NCBI GenBank assembly: GCA_944380305.1
Contig: CALWHF010000004.1
Span: forward strand, 42,844 to 106,843
DNA: 64,000 nt
Source: an uncultured Christensenellaceae bacterium
GTDB taxonomy: Bacteria; Bacillota; Clostridia; Christensenellales; UBA3700
Direction: 5' to 3'
Part shown: positions 59,963-64,000 of the stretch, piece by piece
Numbering within the stretch: position 1 is the stretch's first letter
Layout: the number at the start of each line of letters is the position of its first letter
The notes under the pieces: model-generated
What the model saw: the letters and a program-made list of their open reading frames with translations, nothing else
Told to the model about the DNA's origin: nothing
The model's database searches: none
Made by a program: the position numbers and the translations under genes

Positions 59963-60923
59963 GGTTGCTGAAAAATTCGTAAAGGCTGTGGACAGAGCGG
60001 AAACGATCGCGCTCTTCAGCCACGTTAACCCCGACGGAGATACTTGCGGCAGCGCGCTCGCGCTTTACCGCGCTTTGAAGACGTATGGTAAAAAGCCATA
60101 CGTTTTTTGCGACGGTACGTTCAACGACAAATTGCATTATCTTGACGGACTGGACGCGTACAATTCGGTCAGATTCGCGCCGTGCGATCTCGCGATAGCC
60201 GTGGACTGTTCGGACGACGGCAGACTGGGAGCGTACGACGGCGCGTATTATTCATGCAAATACCGCGTGTTCGTCGATCATCACATCACGAGAGGAAGAC
60301 GCGGAGATCTGAACATAGTCGAGACGGATGCGTCCGCTACGGCAGAGATCGCGTTCGATCTGATAAAGGCGTTGGACAGTCGGAAAAAGTGCATGGACGA
60401 TACGGTCGCGAAATTGCTGTACTGCGCGCTCGTCACGGACAGCGGGGGATTTTCGTTTTCTTCAGTGACCCGAAAAACCTTGCTGACAGCCGCGGAGCTG
60501 ATCGCGTACGATTTCAAAGCAAACGAAATTTTCGACAATTTCATGAAGAAGACGGATTACAGGATATTCAACCTCAAAAATCGCGTGCTTTCAGGCGCAA
60601 AACTTTACGACGACGGAGCGATAGGGGGCATTTTCTTCAGAAAAGCCGATTTCGAGGCAACGGGCACGACTGACGCGGATACAGAGGGAATAATAAACAA
60701 TGTCCTCAATATAAACGGCGTAAAAATCGCGTTTTCGCTGACGGAAACCAAGGGCGAAATGCAATATAAGGTCAGTTTCCGTACCGTTGACGGAGTGAAT
60801 GCCGACGAAATTGCCGCGATTTTCGGCGGAGGCGGACATAAGAATGCCGCGGGATGCAGAGTCAGCGGATATTTCGAAGACGTCAAAGACAAGATACTCA
60901 AGGCGTGCAGGGATTGTCTATGA
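59946..60923 (+). CDS. nrnA: DHH/DHHA1 phosphoesterase (NrnA-like oligoribonuclease/pAp phosphatase)
   Basis: SHVNPDGDTCGS, VDHH and GGGHKNAAG motifs. Confidence 0.85.
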   Translation: MTVRNEVAEKFVKAVDRAETIALFSHVNPDGDTCGSALALYRALKTYGKKPYVFCDGTFNDKLHYLDGLDAYNSVRFAPCDLAIAVDCSDDGRLGAYDGAYYSCKYRVFVDHHITRGRRGDLNIVETDASATAEIAFDLIKALDSRKKCMDDTVAKLLYCALVTDSGGFSFSSVTRKTLLTAAELIAYDFKANEIFDNFMKKTDYRIFNLKNRVLSGAKLYDDGAIGGIFFRKADFEATGTTDADTEGIINNVLNINGVKIAFSLTETKGEMQYKVSFRTVDGVNADEIAAIFGGGGHKNAAGCRVSGYFEDVKDKILKACRDCL

Positions 60924-61807
60924 ATTTTGCGATCGCCATCGACAAACCGCTCGGTATCTCGTCGAGCGACGTGGTTATAAAGTGCAGAAACGCGCTGTCA
61001 AAAGCGGTGGGCGAAAAGATAAAGTGCGGGCACATGGGTACGCTCGATCCGGCAGCCGACGGAGTTCTCGTTCTCGGGTTCGGCAAAGCGACAAAACTTT
61101 TCGACTATATGCAGAGCGGAAAAAAGGAGTACGTCGCCGAATTCACTTTCGGAATGACGACCGATACGCTCGACCGCGAAGGGATAGTGACCGAGAAAGA
61201 CGATAAACTGCCTGAAAAGGCTGATCTCGAAAGGATTTTGCCCGATTTCGTCGGTGAGATCGATCAGATCCCGCCCGCATACAGCGCGGTGAACGTAAAC
61301 GGCGTCAGGGCATATAAACTGGCGAGAAAGGGAGGCGAAGTCTCTCTCTCCGCAAAAAAGGTCAAAATATATTCGATAACGCTTTTGGACGTCGTATCCG
61401 AAGGAGAGTCCGTAAATAAGGCGAAACTTGCGATAGTCTGCGGCTCGGGGACGTATATCAGAAGTCTCTGCCGCGATATTGCGGAAAAGCTCGGCTGCTT
61501 TGCCTATATGTCGGCTTTGAAACGTACGGCGTGCGCGGGATATTCTTTGAGTGATGCCGTTCCGATGCGGGATTTCATCGACGACCCGAAGGCGTACGTC
61601 AGACCCGACGGAGAGATAGTCGGCAAACTGTTCGATATGAAACAAGTTTCGGGCGAAACGGCAAAGAGATTGTGTTGCGGTCAGACTCTGGTCACGTCGC
61701 ACGCCGACGGAAGATTCGGCGTAGAATCGGACGGAAACGTGATAGGGGTCGCGACGGTAAAAGACGGAAGGATGAAAATAGAGACGCATTTATGGAATAC
61801 GATATAA
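60920..61807 (+). CDS. truB: tRNA pseudouridine(55) synthase
   Basis: IDKPLGISSSDVV, GHMGTLDPAADGVL (catalytic Asp) and QIPPAYSAV motifs. ATGA overlap with nrnA. Confidence 0.9.
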   Translation: MNFAIAIDKPLGISSSDVVIKCRNALSKAVGEKIKCGHMGTLDPAADGVLVLGFGKATKLFDYMQSGKKEYVAEFTFGMTTDTLDREGIVTEKDDKLPEKADLERILPDFVGEIDQIPPAYSAVNVNGVRAYKLARKGGEVSLSAKKVKIYSITLLDVVSEGESVNKAKLAIVCGSGTYIRSLCRDIAEKLGCFAYMSALKRTACAGYSLSDAVPMRDFIDDPKAYVRPDGEIVGKLFDMKQVSGETAKRLCCGQTLVTSHADGRFGVESDGNVIGVATVKDGRMKIETHLWNTI

Positions 61808-62712
61808 GACAAATCGATTACAAGACGGGTTGCCCCGACAGGATAGTTCTGTGTCTCGGCTTTTTCGACTGCGTTCACCGCGGTCACAATTCGCTTTTGC
61901 AAAGGGCGAAACTCTTTGCGAAGATCGATTTTGCAAAATGCGCCGTATTCACTTTCTGCGACAATCCTTTCGGCGCGCTCGGCAGAAAGGACAAGGAGAT
62001 ATTCACATACGACGAGCGCGTATTCCGTCTTTGGCAGCTCGGCGCGGACGTCGTGGTAAAAGCAGAACCCGACGCAAAGTTTTTCGCGACTGACGCAAAC
62101 GATTTTCTCGACGGTCTTTTCGAAAGATTCAATATATCGGCAATCGTCGCGGGCAGCGATTACACATACGGCGCGGGCGCAAAGGGCAACGCATCGACGT
62201 TGAAAAAGTATTGCAGAGACCGCGGTGCGGATTGTTATATCGTCGATATGGTCGAATACGCGGCGGGCAGAAAGATTGCCAGCAGAGAGATAAGAGAGCT
62301 TGTTACAAAAGGCGAGATCGAAAAAATCAACGCGCTTTTGCCGTTGCCGTACATCGTGGCGGGGAAGGTCGTCAGAGGCAGACACGACGGCACTACGATA
62401 GGGACACCTACCGCGAATATCGACATTCCCGACGAAAAACTGCCCGTTGCCGAGGGTGTTTACGATACCAACGTGCTTATTGACGGGGTGAGGCTGCGCG
62501 CCGTCACAAACGTCGGCGAACATCCCACTTTCGGAGACTCGCATTACAACGTCGAAAGCTACATTCTGCACTGGAGCGGAAATATTTACGGAAAGACAAT
62601 CGTCGTCGAGTTTCTGAGAAAGATCAGAGACGTCAAAAAATTCGATACAAAAGAGGATCTCGGCGCGCAGATAGCCAAAGATGCCGACGAGGTGCTGAGG
62701 AGGAGATCATGA
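61792..62712 (+). CDS. ribF: Bifunctional riboflavin kinase / FMN adenylyltransferase
   Basis: LGFFDCVHRGH, RGRHDGTTIGTPTAN and the C-terminal riboflavin kinase barrel. Overlaps the truB end. Confidence 0.9.
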   Translation: MEYDIRQIDYKTGCPDRIVLCLGFFDCVHRGHNSLLQRAKLFAKIDFAKCAVFTFCDNPFGALGRKDKEIFTYDERVFRLWQLGADVVVKAEPDAKFFATDANDFLDGLFERFNISAIVAGSDYTYGAGAKGNASTLKKYCRDRGADCYIVDMVEYAAGRKIASREIRELVTKGEIEKINALLPLPYIVAGKVVRGRHDGTTIGTPTANIDIPDEKLPVAEGVYDTNVLIDGVRLRAVTNVGEHPTFGDSHYNVESYILHWSGNIYGKTIVVEFLRKIRDVKKFDTKEDLGAQIAKDADEVLRRRS

Positions 62713-63554
62713 TAAAATTCGGTCCAAGCGGCAGTTGCGAACTCTTTGCGATGCAGGGATATTCGCATACGATACAAGAGGCGAAATGGCTTGCCGGTCT
62801 CGGGCTTGACTGTTTCGAATATTCTTTCGGCAGAGGCGTCAGGATCACCGAAAAGACGGCAAGGGAAATAGGAAACGAATTCAGGAAATACAATATCGAA
62901 TTTTCCGTACACGCGCCGTATTTCATCAACCTCGCGACTCTCGAAGAAGACAAGGCGGCGAACAATCACGAATACATATTCGGCTCGCTGAAGGCACTTG
63001 AATATTTCGGCGGAAAAAGGTGCGTTTTCCACCCGGGATCTCCGCTTAAGGCTGACAGAGAGGACGCGATGAACGTGCTTATGAAACGCCTCGATAATGT
63101 CATGGAACTGAAACACGAACTGGGTTTCGACGACCTGTGGCTGTGCGCAGAAACTATGGGTAAAAAGTCGCAGCTGGGCGATCTGAACGAAGTTATACGC
63201 ATGTGTAAAGGCTACGACACGTTGCTGCCTTGCATAGACTTCGGCCATCTCAACGCGCGCGACCAGGGCGTGATAAAGGGATACGACGAATATAAACGCA
63301 TAATCGACACGCTCGCGGACGGACTGGGCGACTTCAAGACGAAGAACATGCACGTCCATTTCAGCAAGATACAGTACGGCGATAAGGGAGAACTCAGGCA
63401 TCTGACTTTTGCCGACGAAAAATACGGACCGGACTTTGAACCTCTCATGAAAGTCATATCCGACTACAAGCTGGAGCCGTATATCGCATGCGAGTCCGCA
63501 GGCACGCAGACCATCGACGCGCTTGCGATGAAAAACTACTATAAATCGCTTTAA
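62709..63554 (+). CDS. Endonuclease IV (Nfo)-family TIM-barrel protein
   Basis: Metal-ligand pattern in Nfo order: SVHAPYFINLA, VFHPGS, CAETMG, CIDFGHLNA, HVHFS and ACES. Confidence 0.7.
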   Translation: MIKFGPSGSCELFAMQGYSHTIQEAKWLAGLGLDCFEYSFGRGVRITEKTAREIGNEFRKYNIEFSVHAPYFINLATLEEDKAANNHEYIFGSLKALEYFGGKRCVFHPGSPLKADREDAMNVLMKRLDNVMELKHELGFDDLWLCAETMGKKSQLGDLNEVIRMCKGYDTLLPCIDFGHLNARDQGVIKGYDEYKRIIDTLADGLGDFKTKNMHVHFSKIQYGDKGELRHLTFADEKYGPDFEPLMKVISDYKLEPYIACESAGTQTIDALAMKNYYKSL

Positions 63555-63557
63555 TTC

Positions 63558-63586
63558 TTTACAAAAACAAGCGATTATGCTAAAAT
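63558..63586 (+). promoter_or_regulatory. Extended -10 sigma-A promoter close to the start of the pepP-like gene
   Basis: TTTACA (63558-63563), 17-nt spacer, TGcTAAAAT (hexamer at 63581-63586). ATG 63595 lies 8 nt after the -10. Confidence 0.5.
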
Positions 63587-63594
63587 ACTAGAGT

Positions 63595-64000
63595 ATGAAC
63601 GGCTATATGGACATCACAAAAAATTGCGGTATAGACGCGGCTGTGGTCATTACGACATCCAACACTTTTTATCTTTCGGGATACGAAAGCAGCAATTGCC
63701 GTATACTTCTGACCGATGAAAAAAACTACTTTTTCACCGACATGCGCTATCTCGAAGAAGCGCGTGACAGGATCGGCGACGCTTTCGACGTAAGACTCGG
63801 CGGAATCGAAGAGATTAAGGAGCTTGCGGACAAACTCGGTGTAAAAAAACTCGGCGTTGAACAGACTATCCCGCATTGCGATTACGTCGCGCTCGAAAAA
63901 CTTTTCAAAGGAGTGACTTTCGTCGCGACCGACGACGCGTTCGCCAAACTGCGTGCTGTAAAGTCCGAACGCGAAATTGATCTGATAAAAAAAGCCCAGA
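63595..64000 (+). CDS. Xaa-Pro aminopeptidase/dipeptidase (M24B), N-terminal part; runs off the window
   Basis: My own translation from ATG 63595 is open to the window end: MNGYMDITKNCGIDAAVVITTSNTFYLSGY...LRAVKSEREIDLIKKAQ. This is the creatinase/prolidase N-domain followed by the typical K.E.EI..ikkA transition. Confidence 0.75.
   Translation, partial: MNGYMDITKNCGIDAAVVITTSNTFYLSGYESSNCRILLTDEKNYFFTDMRYLEEARDRIGDAFDVRLGGIEEIKELADKLGVKKLGVEQTIPHCDYVALEKLFKGVTFVATDDAFAKLRAVKSEREIDLIKKAQ

Overview
This 64-kb window looks like a chromosomal core region of an endospore-forming Firmicute, probably Clostridia-like. I count 56 of 57 genes on the + strand. I found no rRNA, tRNA, CRISPR array, transposase or phage gene. 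The gene order joins several conserved Firmicute blocks. (1) yggS-sepF-lspA-rluD, with a convergent rqcH. (2) tig-clpP-clpX-engB. (3) A Cys-rich orphan protein, a metallophosphoesterase and a ~1-kb non-coding gap. (4) A dcw cluster, mraZ-rsmH-(ftsL-slot protein)-pbp-murE-mraY-murD-ftsW-murA-ftsQ-ftsA-ftsZ, followed by spoIIGA-sigE-sigG-ylmC-nrdR-sigK. (5) RNase P RNA. (6) One 7.5-kb gene for a cyclic beta-1,2-glucan synthase-like giant. (7) rarA, a two-gene ABC system, ruvX and DUF1292. (8) rpsB-tsf-pyrH-frr-uppS-cdsA-dxr-rseP-ispG. (9) A 529-aa PolC-like N-terminal/OB/exonuclease protein in the slot where full-length polC normally sits. (10) rimP-nusA-ylxR-ylxQ-infB-rbfA-nrnA-truB-ribF, an endonuclease-IV-like gene and a partial M24 aminopeptidase gene. 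The observations most worth following up are: the Cgs-like giant in a monoderm spore-former; the polymerase-less mini-PolC; Tyr/Gly/Gln/Asn-rich low-complexity extensions on three divisome proteins (SepF, the ftsL-slot protein, FtsZ); four consensus-like promoters placed so the transcripts would be leaderless (ftsA, spoIIGA, rarA, pepP-like); a 10-bp-phased AGTAAA array plus GTGG boxes upstream of mraZ; and two unusual Cys-rich proteins. All functional calls rest on reading the supplied translations and recognising motifs from memory. No database search was run.
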